A DNA stretch of 64,000 nt. Origin: Vicugna vicugna (Eukaryota). The stretch is taken from contig MU057713.1 in NCBI GenBank assembly GCA_013265495.1, positions 187,122 to 251,121 of the forward strand. The letters are read 5' to 3'. The translations under genes were made by a program, and so were the position numbers. The notes under the pieces are model-generated. The model searched no databases. It was not told where the DNA came from and saw nothing but the letters and a program-made list of their open reading frames with translations. This document shows positions 36,352 to 50,619 of the stretch, in pieces; position 1 is the first letter of the stretch; the number at the start of each line of letters is the position of its first letter.

Positions 36352-38761
36352 AATTCCCACTAGCGACTGGGTGAGAAAAAAAGGTATAGTTAAAAAAAAT
36401 TCTGTCCTAGGTGCTTTCCATATATTTAAAATTCATTTAATTCTCTTCTCCACCCTGTGGTCCCACTTTCCATTGAAACTTAGTTTAAAAAAGAAGAAGA
36501 AGAAAGAACGGCTTATTTCTGAAAGCACAAGGTCCACAACTGGCACGTAATTTGGGTGAAGTGGGAGATAAAATATGTCATAGTTTTAAAAGGCTCAGCC
36601 ATGGAACAGACTATTGTTGGGAAGCTAAAAAGCTACACAGTGCTGGACTATGGTGTATTTTCTATACAACACCCTATTTACATTTTTCTTTACAACATGC
36701 TACATCTCCCATAAATCCACTCCCCCATTTACACCCAGTGAGATCCAAAATGGCACCCTCGGGGCAGAAAACAAGCAAAAGCTCCCATTCAGATTGCTGT
36801 TGACTTTCAGCCTGGGAGACTCTCTGCTGTCATCACGAAGCAGTAAAGACTGGGGACGGGTGGCATTCTAGGGCCAAGGTTTATTATTAATTATTAATCA
36901 GCACTCTAGAAATCCACCTGAAGCCCCTGCATTTTAAGAATCAGGGAAGTCGGTACAACATCCCACTCACAGCCTGTGAAATAAGCTTAACAGCCCCTAT
37001 TGAACACATAAAGCGAACACCTTCAAGCCCTAACACTAACACCCCTGTGAGCTAGGGCTTACTCACTTGGGTTCATAGTTAGTATTATTGCTGTTCTGCA
37101 GACACATCAAGCATCCCAGGGTCTCTTGCTGCTCCCTCTGCCCTAAACTCTCTATCCCCGCCAAGTCACACGGCTCACTGCTGGCAAAGAGGCCTCCCCA
37201 GCCGCCCTTTCTAGCACCGCGCCTCACACACTCGCACACTACTAGCTTTCAAAGCACTTACCCCATCTACGTCCCCACGAGAGCGTCAACACCACAAAGA
37301 CAAGGATTTTGTCTGTCTTCCCCTGGGCCATCACCGGCATCCAGAACAGCGCCTGGCCCGAAGAAGGTACTCAAATATTTGTGGAACAAATCAACTTAGG
37401 TTATGACAGACTGCTGAAGATACAGTAATGAACGCGAGAGCCCAGTCCCTGCCCTCGTGGAGCTTACACTCTTGTAGGGGAAGCAGACCAGGAGGCTGCA
37501 AGCTTTGTGGTAGATCTCAGGTCTCCTGATACAGGCAGCTCTTTCTACTCTGCCATGCTGAACGAGATACAAAAGGTGGGGCTGGATGATTTACCAACAG
37601 CTAAGGGAAGACCTCAGCAAGGATGAGAAAAGAAGGCTGTAAAAGCCAAATAAGTTGCCTTTTCCCATCATGCATCTTTAAAGCTTTTGTGGCTTTTCAG
37701 AGACTCATTCAGATTAGAGGCAAAAGAGGAAGTAGCCATGAGGACTCCTCACTGACTGTTATCATCCTAAAGAGCATTTTCAGTTATGTTTCTTATACAC
37801 GGGATAGCATTTACTTTTTGAATAAATTATCGCCATAGTAATTTAATTGATGTGCGTACATTTACACATATACATAACCGCAAGTACAGGTTAACAATGC
37901 GTCCAAGGACTGACAGTTCCTAAGCGTTTCAGTGACTGTATAACTTGTCCCCATTGAGTCATGATGCTTATTTTCTAACAGAATGAAAGCAGTATCCATG
38001 ACGTCTTATTAGAGCTGTGAAAGCGTTCTATCAGCCAGCAAATCAGGACATCCAACCTCTGTCCATATGCATTGGGGTAAAAGTACACATCCCATTGTAT
38101 ATTTTAAGCCAGACTCTCCTTGACTCAACTTTAGGGAAGTGAAAGCAACTGGAGTTTTAAACACTGCCCTAGAATTTAATTGAGAAAGAGGGAGAAGGTG
38201 AAAGTCGCTTTGAACGTGAAGCTGGGCTGATTATGCAATTTAGCCTCTAGAAGCCACATCTCATTTCTGTTGACGGACAATGCTGTCTTGACACCAGACA
38301 CATCCAATCAAACAGACTAGCTCCTGCAGAGAGCGCAGGGACTCAGACTCCAATAACGGGGAGCAACACTGGCCTTATGCAGACTTATACAATACGTCCT
38401 AAATGCGAGTGAACAAAAGAATGCAGAAATATTTTGCAAAGAATTTTTACTAGAAGTTTATTTTGCCCTGTGTATACTTTAGCTTCTGGGAATTATAAAG
38501 GACAAAGGATTAAGCAGCAGTCTTTTGCTCCTGAACTTTTCAGGGCAGGAAAATAACACCGCTTTGTTCTGCACTGTGTAGCATTATGAAATACATTGAA
38601 TTGTTACAAGAATCCTGTATAGTTATTACAGGTTATTCTTATTTATCTGATTTTTAATTTGTAATATTTTAACCCAGTGTATCCAAAATATTATCATTTC
38701 AACATGCAATCAATATGAAAATTATTAATAAGATATTTTACATCCATTTCCTCCCCCCAGA

Positions 38762-39075
38762 TTTTTTTGAGGCTTATGACTGATAAATAAAATTCTAGGA
38801 TATTTAAAATGTACAACATGATGATTTGATAGTATACACTGTGAAAGGACTCCCCCCACAAAGTTAACACATGCAGTCACCTCACATCTTCATGTATATA
38901 CCTTTCTTGTTGTTGTTGAAAACATTTAAGTTCTACTGTCTTAGCAAACTTCAGTTACACAATATAATGTTATCAACTATATTCATTATGTTACACATTA
39001 GATCCTCAGACTTTATTCATCTTATGACTGAAAGTTTGTATCCTTTTACCAACCTCTCCATCTTTCCCCCACTCT
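38762..39075 (-). mobile_element. L1 3' UTR fragment (L1MA-like)
   Basis: tgtacaacatgatgatttga...aacatttaagttctactgtcttagcaaacttca...cttatgactgaaagtttgtatcctttt. Confidence 0.8.
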
Positions 39076-39352
39076 CCAGCTATGGGGTTATTTTTAAAAT
39101 CTCAATTGAAATAATTCCTGGTGAATAGAAGTCAACTTCTCAGGTTTCTAATATTTACTTTTGAGTCACAAATCTCCCCTGTTCAGAGACACAGTATTAA
39201 CATAATGGACAAAAAGCACAAGAATTCATGAAAAAGAGGGTAAGTAAGTTATCACACACTTAAAACACCAGCTCCTTCTTCTTTGAACATTTTTTGATTT
39301 TTCTGACTTTCTAACAACATGTTTCTCTTTCTCTGTGATGCTCTCATTTTGG

Positions 39353-39490
39353 AATGTGGGCAAACTCCACTGAGTTATGATTTTCAGTGACCAAATGAGA
39401 TTTTTTTTCTCAAAATGTGGGCAAAGGAATCAACTGTACCTATTTCCACTGAGTTATGATTTTCAGTGACCAAATGAGATTTTTTTTCTC
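39353..39490 (+). repeat. Complex local duplication (12-bp and 46-bp blocks)
   Basis: aatgtgggcaaa at 39353-39364 and 39414-39425; a 46-bp block at 39366-39411 and 39445-39490. Confidence 0.9.
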
Positions 39491-42400
39491 TTTTTCAGGT
39501 TAAGAAGTTATCTTACATAGAAAATGATTTTCTAATCACCATATTTCAATGTGAAATGCTAGTCTGTATGTTTCCTCATTATGTTTGGTTTGTGAGTGGT
39601 GCACACATTGGTGATTACAGCCCCGGACCACTCAGCATACTCCCCAGCCTTCTCACCTGACTCAGCCCACATCCATCACCCTTGGATATCGTTCTTCTCA
39701 TGGTATCTAATGGCTTCCCCAGTGGCCTCTAAGCAAACAGCACACACAAAGCGATTCTGTGCCACACCATCTTTTATATCATGTTCAGCATCTTTCCCAT
39801 GAAAGAGTTACAGAACCCAAGTCAAATGATCTAAGTTCTGCAGAAAGGTCTATCACTCACTGACCATGAGATCTGGGACACAATCACTTAACCTCAGCAA
39901 TGGTAAAATTTAACCTGCCTTCCTAACAGGTTAATTGCACCAAATAAAAATAAAAGGTGTTATTATACAGTATGAAAAAAAAGATGTGTGTCTGTGTACT
40001 TGATACTTGGTCAATTGTAATGAAACCACAAATGGTAATTTGATTGTCAGTATATGGTATTCATCCAAGCAGAAATAAAATACAGTCCTTATGAAAATAA
40101 GGCTTTTTGGTCAAACAACTCAATACACATGTACTGGCAATTTTCACCTTCCTCCTCTTCATGGCTGTTTCACTCAGACTTTGAGCATCAGAGTATGTAC
40201 AAGAGAGGTTAAAAATTTTTTTTTAATTCCAAGAAATATATTTATAAATGTGTAAGACTCATAAGCATACCAATTCTCTTATGCTTGAAAACTAAAAGCA
40301 TTCAGATTTTGAATTGCATTAAAATGTGACATTCTATAAAGAGGCCTTGACAGAAGCAAAACCAGGGGGAAGGCAAGCAAACCTTCCAGGTCAGACACAT
40401 TCTTCACCACCAAAGCCACTGTCTGCTACAAAGTACTTCTCTTGATCAAGAAGATGAACTCTAGCAGACCCACATCTTGGGGAATTATTTAAAACAGAAC
40501 ATACAAATTATTTCCTTTGAGAAACGCATCTTAGGTAGCTGAGTTCCCTCCTCCGAATATAAACCAAGTCATTAAAACCCTAATTTTGCTATCATTTTTA
40601 AGTATCCAGTTTTATAAAAGAGGAGAAAAAAATACTGTTTTTCTCCTTTTCAAAATTCACAGAGAACAAGCTTGCAGCATGGTATTGAGAATCTTAGTGC
40701 AGCAGGCTCCACAACTCATAAATCATAATGTGCTTCCTCACAGCATCCTCTTCACATGTATCTGAAGTCAAAGACCAGTAAGGGGTGGTGAGCAATAGCA
40801 CTGCTGCTTTCTGCTGGAACGAGTGCTGCGTCTATACATCTCTGTCCTCTTTTTAAGCCAATAACCCATCAAGGTCCAGGACAAAGGACCACTAGGTTCT
40901 GGTCAACTCATCACTGTGCAAATGTACTTGCCGGGATCTGGGGCCATTCTTGCATAGCCTGAGCACCATGCCCAACTTGTGTTTTGCCTTGTTCAAAATG
41001 CAAATTGCCTTTGTTAGAAGCTGACAAGAAATAGTATCCCTCACCTTCCGCAAGCTGCCAAACTAAAGAAAATCCAAGAAATCCTTCACCCTTCCCAAAT
41101 GACAGCTGACCTGCTGAAAACTGTCCTTCTGAGAACACAGTAATGCCTAAACTCCAAATAGGCTAATGTAAAGGCACGTGAATTATTCAGCCTGCTCCTC
41201 CACCTATAGTAAATTACCAGGATCTGGAAACAAAATAACAATGTAACATCTCATGGAAGTGCTCTTTGGTGGAAGGAAGGAAGTGAGTAGACACAGAAAC
41301 GTTGCCCCAGAACAAGTGTGCTCAGAAGGCTCAGGAGCAAAGCCTACTGGTTCTCGTAAACTGCTCAGCTTAGATAAGGCTCTCAACAAATGTGTGCTAA
41401 AGCAAATTTAAATCAATAAATTTCCCTAAGACTTAAATCATATAAAATAAGTAAAAAATTATACATCATCAACACAGTAAAATTCTTCTTTCAGTTAGTA
41501 TTCTTTCATAGTTGATGAGTTGGTGCTTCTGATGGATACAGTGGGGTATGCCCAGGTTGGAGGGTAGCCCTGGCAGTGCCCAAGCTTTGGGGGGCCCAGT
41601 CGTGAATTCCAGACTCAACTAAGCTCCCTCCTTCCAAAGGCTCAGTGGAAGGATCCCTCTCTCCTCAGGAAGCTCTTTGGGGGAAATTATTTTCTTGGTG
41701 GCTTCTTTTTCCTGGATCATATATGCCTGCCTCATTCCCCAACAGGACTTGAAGCATTTCAAGCAGCTGAGAGTGAAATAAATGAAATGCATTTTAAAAT
41801 GCTCCAAAATTTAGAGTCTAGAGAATTTTTTATACTATTAAAATACATAAAACAGCTGAGTTAAAAATTAAAAAGGATCAGAAGCCATTTAGGAAGTAAT
41901 GAAATCAAAAGAAGTATGTGAATCCATATGGAAAGACAAACTCTGCTGGTAATAAACTCTTGAAGGAGTTTTCCACATGATACTTCCTGTGGGGGACCTT
42001 AAGAAGCAGAGTACACAGTGTCTTCAATTCATTCATTAATTCAGCAACTGTTTATTGGAAGAACCTGCTGTCTGCACTGCAATTTTGCTTAAGACATGTT
42101 CTTTAAATAGCTGTTTCTTAACTTGGCCTTTGATCAAAGCCAACGATATGACATTAAATTAAACTCAACAAGTCAAACTCAAAATAAAACTAAAACTCAA
42201 GCAAAAAAGTTACACAACAAAGACATTCTACGAGAAAACTAAAGTTTTAGCTAAGACACGTTGAATTCTGGTGATGTAATTTGGCCCTAGCAGCAGAGTT
42301 TAGAGACCATTCAGTTCTCATTGACTAGTTTGCGTGCCCTCGTAAGCCAAAATGTTTCACAAAAAGCTGTCTCAAACATGTTCCAGCAGGAGGCTGTCCA

Positions 42401-44349
42401 TGCAAGCTTAGGCTCTCTGCTGAGTGATGCAGGATGTGGGGGTCTAAATTTTTAATTGATGCCAGGTGAGCACAGTAGACATCCTACTTTGACACTTAAG
42501 AATATAACGTCTATCCTGTTTTAGTGGAAACAGTCCCATCACGGTATACGGATCCAGGGGTGTCTTTGAACAGGAATAATTTTTTCCCCTAAAAAGTGAA
42601 GATTGTTTTCAGCTGCTCAAATGCTTCTTACGTGATAGGGATGGCCCTGACCAGGAAAAAAAATTCTAAGGCAGGTGTTTTTTTAACAGCGTGCCATATT
42701 GATCACCTCTTTAAGATGACATGTTTAAAGTGACACTGCATCGTGACGTTCCCCACCCAGAAGAGTTAGCTGGAAGAGGACCCGACACCCACTCGTTCGG
42801 GGCAGCGGCATGGCATTCTAAAAGAGAGTTGCCTGTATCCTGTCATCAAGATGTGGAAGAATCCCTGGCAATTCGTAGACAGTGATAACATCTACCTCAT
42901 ACCAAAAAACCCTGTTGTCCCTCCTCCCCCCGAAAAGGCTCATGTCAAAGACATTGAAAACCTGGGTCCTCCCATTAACATCCCCCACAGAGCAAAATAC
43001 TGACAAGTGTATGTGACTTTGACAAAGTGCCCATCACATTCCAACAGTTCCCTGGCTACGTGCAATCACTTCTGGTGAACCAAGTGTATAAAAATATGTG
43101 CTCCCTCCTCTCTAACTCCTCACCAAACCCCTCAGGACCACCATTGCAACTGCCTTCCTCATCCAGAAAGAGTCACTGCCCATCTTCTCAGAGGGGAGAA
43201 GCCGACTCCAGCTCGTGTTAGGAGATGCGATGTGAGAACCTGCACTTCTTACCCACCCCCAGCAGAGATGTATTTCAAGAGTGGCATCTGGCAGAGCTCA
43301 TCATCTGAGACAAATGGATGAAACTGCTCCAAAATAGGATGCCAAAAAGCATAATGCCCTCATGGCCTGTTAGAATAAATGGAGAGAGGGACATGCAGAG
43401 GGCACCAGTCATCTGGGTGGGGCAGTGCCAAGTCAGGCCACCAACATACCCTAAATGTGTCAATCATCAACCTTCATATTTTAATGATTTTAATCATTGA
43501 GAATCGTCTTCTGTTCATCCATTTTACCCCCAAAACAGCACTCCCTACAATTCAGTCTCTATTAGCAATCTGCTGAGACATTAATTGAATATTGACCCAA
43601 AGAAATCTCTGCTACCTGTGGCATCATGGCAATTCTCCAACAAAAAACTGCTCTAAATTTGAGATACAGCATGTAAAGAATTCCATCTCACCACTTTGAT
43701 TATATTTTAACTGCCAGTACATGGAAGCCAGAGGATTTTATTTAAAAATAAGGATTAAAACAATTCAAGACAACTGCAGTATAATGGGAAAAATACTGGA
43801 TTAGCAGTCAGGACGCTCAGCTTGCAAACTCTTATCACTATCATTATGGACCATTTGTTCATTTCTTCTTTTATTTGACTATTTACTAAGTACTCTGAGC
43901 ACTGTGTCAATTTTTCTGATTCTTCATTTGTTTAAGGGGCAATATTTATATCTATTCTAACACATCGGGTTAAGTATTAAATAAAATTGTGTGATGTGGT
44001 AGTTCTTAGTAAACAATAAATCATTATGCACTTACAAAGTGACTATTATCAAAAACATTCTAATCTCTTTGAATCTGCATCTGACCACGACATCAAGGGG
44101 TATATATGTATATAAACAGAATTTGTGTACATGACATGTAAATTGTGCACAATGGTGTGTCTATTACAGTATATGGGAGCTATAACAAATGAAATGTAAT
44201 GTGTAGAATTAATAGAAATGGAGAGGCAAGACATTTAGGTGAGGAAAACAGTGAATGCTTTTAGATACTCAAAAAATAACTATAAATGAGGCCAAATGAA
44301 GTTTACAATTTTTAAAATAACACATGGAGAGACACAATGCAACATGTTG

Positions 44350-44520
44350 CTTTATGCTGTATTCTGGAATCAGACTGTCTAGGTTCAATTACTGACACTA
44401 GCATTTCCAGCCACTGCCTAAGAAAAGTTGCTTCATTTCTGTGCCTCAGTTTCCTCTTCTGTAAAATGTGGTCAGTTACAGTATTCACCTTCAGGAATTG
44501 TTGGGACGATTCAGTGGACT
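44350..44520 (+). mobile_element. MIR SINE
   Basis: ctggaatcagactgtctaggttcaa...tctgtgcctcagtttcctcttctgtaaaatg. Confidence 0.7.
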
Positions 44521-44929
44521 AGCATATTGAAGTTCATATTATACAGCACATTTTAAGTCTACCTAGGGATAAGTTAGTTACAATGCAAAGACTTTTCCAT
44601 CTTTTTAATTTAAGAGGGGTATCAGAGATAATGATGCTTGTAAGTCAGTTTGGTGAATTTTACTATAGGCACATAGGTTTTTATGTCATTTCTCTAATCT
44701 AGTATCTACAAAGGCTTCATGTTGCCTACCATATGCAATTTCAAATTGTTCACTGACTTTTAAAGCCTTATGTTATCATCCACTATGCAAACATTTCTCA
44801 CAATTTCTACCATGAACTCTACAGTTCAGTTACATCAATTTCCCCCAGTACTGGCTCCTTTCTATTAGCATAAATTAATACTGTATTTCCTGTCTTTAAA
44901 AACATTTCTGTTGTTCTTCCTTATTACAT

Positions 44930-46155
44930 TTCTTTGCTTCCTTTTAGTGCAAAACTTCTTTAAAGAATTGCCTGTACTTGCTGTCTGAATTTCCTGGTGC
45001 ATTCTCTCTTGAACCTATTCTAAATAGGTTTTATTCCCTACCAGTTCCCCTCAAACAGCTGTCAAGCTCGGTAATCTGAAGATCGTCAAATCCAACTGTC
45101 ATTTCTCAGGGCTCCTCTTACTCATCTACTAAGTAAAAACTGACTTGACTGATCACTCCCTGACTTTTGAAACACTTCCTTCAGTTTGGCTTCTAGAACA
45201 CTAATTTTCAATTCTTCTCCTACCTTACTTCTCAGTCTTCTTTGCTGGTGGTTCCTTCTCATCCTCCTGACCTCTAAGCATTGATGTAACTCAGGACTCA
45301 ATCCTCAGACCTCTTGTCTTTCTACGCTAACTCCCAAGTTCATCTCATCCAGTCACATGGCTTTAAAAACTAAGGGCAAATTTCTCTCTGTTTATATTTT
45401 ACGTCCTTCCTCCCTCTTGAAATCCAGACAGACATCCAAATTCTATTCATTGGTTCCATCTGGAAACCTAAAAAAAAATCTCGAAGTTAATATGCCCTGC
45501 AGAACCCTTGATTATTTCACTCACAGCTGCTACTCCTCCATCTCCCTAATTTCAACAAATGGATACTCCATTCAGAAGAAATCTTTCTTGATCACCCACT
45601 TTCTCTCACACTCAACATTCAATCCCTCAGCAAAACACCAACTACTTGTTGAAAATACATCCAACATCCAATCAGATCTCACAGCTTCCACCACTGTCTA
45701 GCCCAATGTTCCTTTTGCCTTCGAATTGACTTATTGCAGAAGCCTCTCTCTGCTTTTGCCCTGGTCTCCCAACAGCCTGTTCCTGCACAGCAGCTAGAGT
45801 GGGCCTTTAACAGAAGTCCAAGTATGTCAAAATACCTAAATGGTTTCCCATTCCACTCAGTCAAACCCAGTTATCTCCACCCCCGCCCCCTGTGGTGTCT
45901 TCACTAAAGCCCCATATGATCTGGCCACTGCTTCTCCTGTGAGCTCATCTATCACTCCTCACCACCTCCTCCCTCCTCCGTTCCCAGCTTCATCTACATT
46001 GCTCTTCCTTGTCTTCCAACACACATCCCTCTGCAAGAATATGAGCTCAATGAGAGTGGAAACGTGGGCATTTTATAAACCGCTGTATCCACTGAACCAG
46101 GAACAGTGCCTAGCACATTCATACTTTCCCTGAAAGAACATACTGAATGAATGAT
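44930..46155 (+). mobile_element. L2 LINE 3' portion
   Basis: C/T-rich degenerate L2 (gatcactccct..cttttgaaacactt, ctcatccagtcacatggcttta), ending gaacagtgcctagcacat...tgaatgaatga. Confidence 0.75.
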
Positions 46156-47799
46156 GACTGTCTCTCTATTGTTCCATAAATAATAGCTCCTACACATGTG
46201 AGTGTCAAGCGCAATGCCCACACTATGTCAGGCCTTCATGAAAACTCTGAAGGAAAGCATTATTGTCCCCATTGTGCAGATGAGAAAGCTGAATCCTGGG
46301 AAGGTTCTATTTCACGCCCCAGATCACACAGCTGGAAGGTGGCAGCGCTGAGGGTTTAGCTGTAGTCTCTGCTCTTCTCACTAGGTCTCTCTGCTCATTA
46401 AATATGCCACATTTCTATTCCTTTAACTGCTATTCTTACCGTATCTGGAATGCCCTCTTCCCACCCTGCATCTCATGATTTTTACTACAAATCAACACTT
46501 TCTTAGTAATTTCCTTTTTCAACATCCCACTCATCCATAGGAATGACTCCAATTCGTATCAGCATCTCCCCCATCAGGACTGAAGTGCTCAAAGTTTGTG
46601 AAGCACCAAATCCTCTCAAGTCTACATGTTTTCCATGGTTTTCTAATCTGTGTGTGTGTGAATCTCATCTGCCCAAACAAATGCAATTCAGGCTTAATTT
46701 TGGAACCTATTCTATTAAAATATGCTCTTCTGCCTCACATTTTGGTCATTAAGAATGCTCCTAACAAGTGTTAAATGATGTTAAATGTTGACCAGAAGAC
46801 ACACAGACATGAGTAAGAATCCAAGGTCCCTGAACGTCAGAAACTGCACACCTAATTGTGGTCATTCAAATCCTCCCATAGACCCGAGGGTGTAGGGGCT
46901 TATTTGTTTGAACTAATGAAAGTCTCATAGATGAGGATTTTCCTTTCTAGCCCTGCTAACCCTCAGTGTCCCCACCAGTAAACTGAGAACACTCCACAAA
47001 TAGTCACTGTTCGGTACAGATACTGAAATGGGTGCCTAACCATTTCCTAGCGTGAACACTGAAGCGTGTGCGGTAACGGGGCATTTATTTGCCTCAAGCC
47101 CTTCTGTTTTATCCCCCTCTGATCTGCACTGAAAGCAGATGAAAGATTCACGTTCCTCCAACACCACGTGCCTCACCTCGCTTGCCCTCTGATGAAACCC
47201 TGCACACCTCTCTACTAGCAACAGAATGAAGTCTATACCCCTCGGTCTGACACTGAAGCCTTCTCACAGCCGATCCCGCTCTCTGCAAACTGGCCCACAA
47301 CTTCGTAACTCACAGTCCAGGCCAATAAGCTTGCTCATTTTTAAGCGATTCAATGAGACCTATGCACATGATACAATTTACTCTCTCCTCTGTCCTCTGG
47401 CCCAGGGAAGCTGGTCTGCGTGGCACACCTTTCCCATCCTCACTTTAAGACTCGCATTCTCCACTTCTTCAGAGACCAGGTATCTCCACTGAGAAAAAGG
47501 AAACCACCCAAGTGGGACTCGTTCATTACAACTTCAGACAAGCAAACCTATCTGTTGGTGCCCGCTCTGTCTTCTTCCCCTGATCACAGTGGAGGAAACG
47601 TCTCTATGCTTATTGAAGGCCAGTGCCTCCAGGCAAGCTCCGGATCCCCTACCCTACTGCCTTCTCAAGATCTCTCAAGATCTGTCTCCTGAACTTCTGT
47701 CTCTCCGTCTGTCACCTTCTCCCAAGTAATTTTCACTGACAGTCAAGTATGTTTCAATACATCCCAACTCGGGGTGGGGGGGGTACATCTCACCTGACT

Positions 47800-48930
47800 C
47801 CTTTACCCCTCCCCTTGCTTTTCTACTCTCCGTAAGTCTATCTTTTCACGTGCATTCCCATTTTGGTCCATTCTAGCCAAATTTCTCCCCATCTTTCCAT
47901 CAGTATTGTTCTGGTCAGAGTTGGCAATGACCTCTGTTTCACCAAATGTAAGGGTCTCTTCTTTGTCCTTATCTTTCTTGACATCCTCATAGCCTTTGAC
48001 ATAGTTGCCCACTCCATCCTCCTGGGTTTCCATATCTTTAAACTCCCAGCTTTCTTCCTACTTGCCTGGAGGCTTTTCAGTTTCTCTTTCTCCTTTTCCC
48101 CTTATCTCAGCTCTAAATGTTTGTTCAGGGCTTGGGCCTGGGCCATCTCCTCTCTGTACACTCTGTAATATATTCTGAATGTATTTACTTCTCTGCGTCT
48201 CCTTTGAAATCATCCCTTCCCAAGGCATCCTCTTTATTAGCCGAGTCCACTGAAACTGCCTCCCAACTGGTTCCTCTGTCTTGTAGCTCTTCCATTCGTC
48301 ATTCAACAAGATTGATCCTATTAAACATAAACCAGTTCATTTCAGTCTCCTGCCTGATACTCACAGTGGCTTCCCATACACGGAGAATAAAATCCAACCC
48401 CTTATAGTGATCTCCAAGGCCTTGCATCATTGGCCCACACCACCCTGACCCAATAGGCGTTGAGTAATCAATCTTGGGCCCTTATCACCATTAGCTCACT
48501 ACGCTTTAGCCACAATGGTCCAATCTTCAGTTCCTCTAATAAACGAAGTTCTTTCTCACATCACAGCCTTTATGCATGCTGTTCCCTCTTGACAGAACAC
48601 CCTTCTCCTGCCTTCATTTAGCCAATTCCTTCAAGTCTAGCATAAATGTCACCTGCTTACAACGGGTTTCCTCATGACCTCACAATTCAATCCAAGTATC
48701 TTTCTCACCATCAGTTTTCTCTATTTGTGCACTATGTTTTTGCCATGGCACATATCTAGTTGTTTCCTGTGTCTGTTTAGATTTTTCTTTGCTGTTTATT
48801 TGCTTCTGTCTTCCCTGTTAGAATACGGTCTGGGACCAGGTCTGCTTTTTTCAACATTGTGTCCTCCCTGTGCCCAGCATACTTAGGGAATACATGCTGT
48901 GCCCAGGTACTTAGGGAATACATGCTGAAC
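47800..48930 (+). mobile_element. L2 LINE 3' portion
   Basis: caatgacctc...tttgacatagttgcccactcc, gtggcttccca...gaataaaatccaa, gcctttatgcatgctgttccctct. Confidence 0.7.
48868..48927 (+). repeat. Short tandem duplication (29/28-bp unit, about 2 copies)
   Basis: ctgtgcccagcatacttagggaatacatg followed by ctgtgcccaggtacttagggaatacatg. Confidence 0.9.
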
Positions 48931-48959
48931 GGGTCATTGAATATATGCAAGACTTAAAA

Positions 48960-49235
48960 GTACACTTGCTTATATATTGTATGATTCCATTTATATCAAA
49001 TATCCAAAATAGGCACATCAATAGAAACTAGACAAGTCATCACCGAGGCCGGGGGAGCTGGGAGGAAAGCAGTGACTGCTCAAGAGTGTGGGATTTCTTT
49101 CTGAAGTGATACAAATGTTCTAAAATATACTGTGGTAATGGCTGCACAACTCTTCAAATATACAAAAATCACTCAACAATACACTTTGAATGAGTGCATT
49201 GTCTAGTATGCAAATCATGTCACAATAATGCTGTT
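48960..49235 (+). mobile_element. L1 (L1MB-like) 3' UTR fragment
   Basis: atattgtatgattccatttatatcaaatatccaaaataggca...aaatgttctaaaat...gctgcacaactct. Confidence 0.75.
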
Positions 49236-49557
49236 CCCCTCCCCCCCAAAAGAGAACATTTAATTGATCTGTGGGTTGACTGAGTTCGAGTGTTTTTTTT
49301 TTTTACATTTCATTGATCAAAGATGTGTACTAGCCTAGATTTTATTTGTTTCATAGTACTTAGGGGTACTATCAAAAGCAAATGAATATAAGACGGTGCT
49401 AATAAGGCAGTCAAATAGTAAAGAAGTATTTATTTAACTCCTACTACAGACCATGTGAGATACTGAAGGAAACCAAGAAGGAAAATGCCTCAAACCTGCC
49501 CTTAAAGAGTTTGAAGAATCAATGTCATCCAGATTAAGATGAGTAAGAGGGAAACAG

Positions 49558-50032
49558 TGAAGATGGAAAACTTTTGTGACTTATCTCCCATCCGCCTCCA
49601 TCCCTTTTCACTCCACCTGGTACTTCACCAACCAGCTGTGTGCAGCTTCCTACCAGGGCTCCCAATGCAGCCATAGGGATGTTGCAGCACTGCTCAGTGA
49701 TTCTGACACATGAGCAAAGCTGGAGTAGGGGGTGTTAACCACTGGCACAACTCTGGGAGCTTATGCATAGACACTCCACTCTCCTGTGTCTCAGATGCAT
49801 AATTCTCAGGTGTTCTGTACACCACCTCTCTCAGTTTGCGCAGTAGGATTGAGTCAGAGTTGCCCAGAGTAGCAAACAGCTCAGAAACGCACCTGGATAG
49901 GCTGTCGCTGTTTCTCCCTTTCTCTTTTCCAAGTGCCCTACTTCTGCACGCCCAGATCACGTCCCCAATCAGCTACCTGTGTGAAACCCTTGTCTCAAGT
50001 TCTACTTTGGGAGGGAGTTTCAGTTTCAGGCA
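49558..50032 (+). mobile_element. LTR16-like ERVL solo LTR
   Basis: gataattct-like segment, gagttgccca, ends aaacccttgtctcaagttctactttggg...ggCA as in the LTR16 family. Confidence 0.65.
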
Positions 50033-50299
50033 GTCTCCAAAGCCTATTTCTCTATATTCATCACCTTAGCAAGAGGAACCAGGTGCTCTGAATCTAAATC
50101 ATGGCACCATGTCCATCAGATAAGACGGCAATAAATTCTGCTTAGGTCTACACACTTGCCAAGCTTATTCACTCGACAATTCATTTCATTTCAATTCAGT
50201 TCAATCATTCTTCCATCAAATACTGACTGTCCACCATAAACCAGGCTCTCTTCTAAGGTCTGGAAATACAGCACTGGACACAACAAAATTTACATTCTC

Positions 50300-50497
50300 A
50301 GGGGTAGGGGATGAAGAAGTATAAAGTACTATATATGAAGAAAATACGCTGTAAGGACATATTGCACAACACAGGGGATGCAGCCAATATTACATAATAA
50401 GTATAAATGGAAAAGAACCTTTAAAAATTGTGAATCACTCTGTTGTGCACCTGAAGCTTATATAATGTTGTACATCAACCATGCCTCAATTTAAAAA
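50300..50497 (+). mobile_element. Short L1 3' end (laurasiatherian-type)
   Basis: caacacagggga...aacctttaaaaattgtgaatcact...tgtacatcaacca..cctcaatttaaaaaa. Confidence 0.8.
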
Positions 50498-50619
50498 ACC
50501 TACCATCTCTGGAGGCTATATTCTAGGAGAAAGAAATAGACAATAGTAAAGTAAATATATAATATGCCAGGTGGTAAGAAGCGGTGTAGTAAAAAATTTA
50601 ACACAGTAAAGTGATAAGC

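Noticed and set aside
39499..39591. Plus-strand exon candidate (tttttcag|GTTAAG...TTT|gtgagt), open in one frame
   Set aside because: Peptide unrecognised, weak exonic donor context and no partner + strand exons
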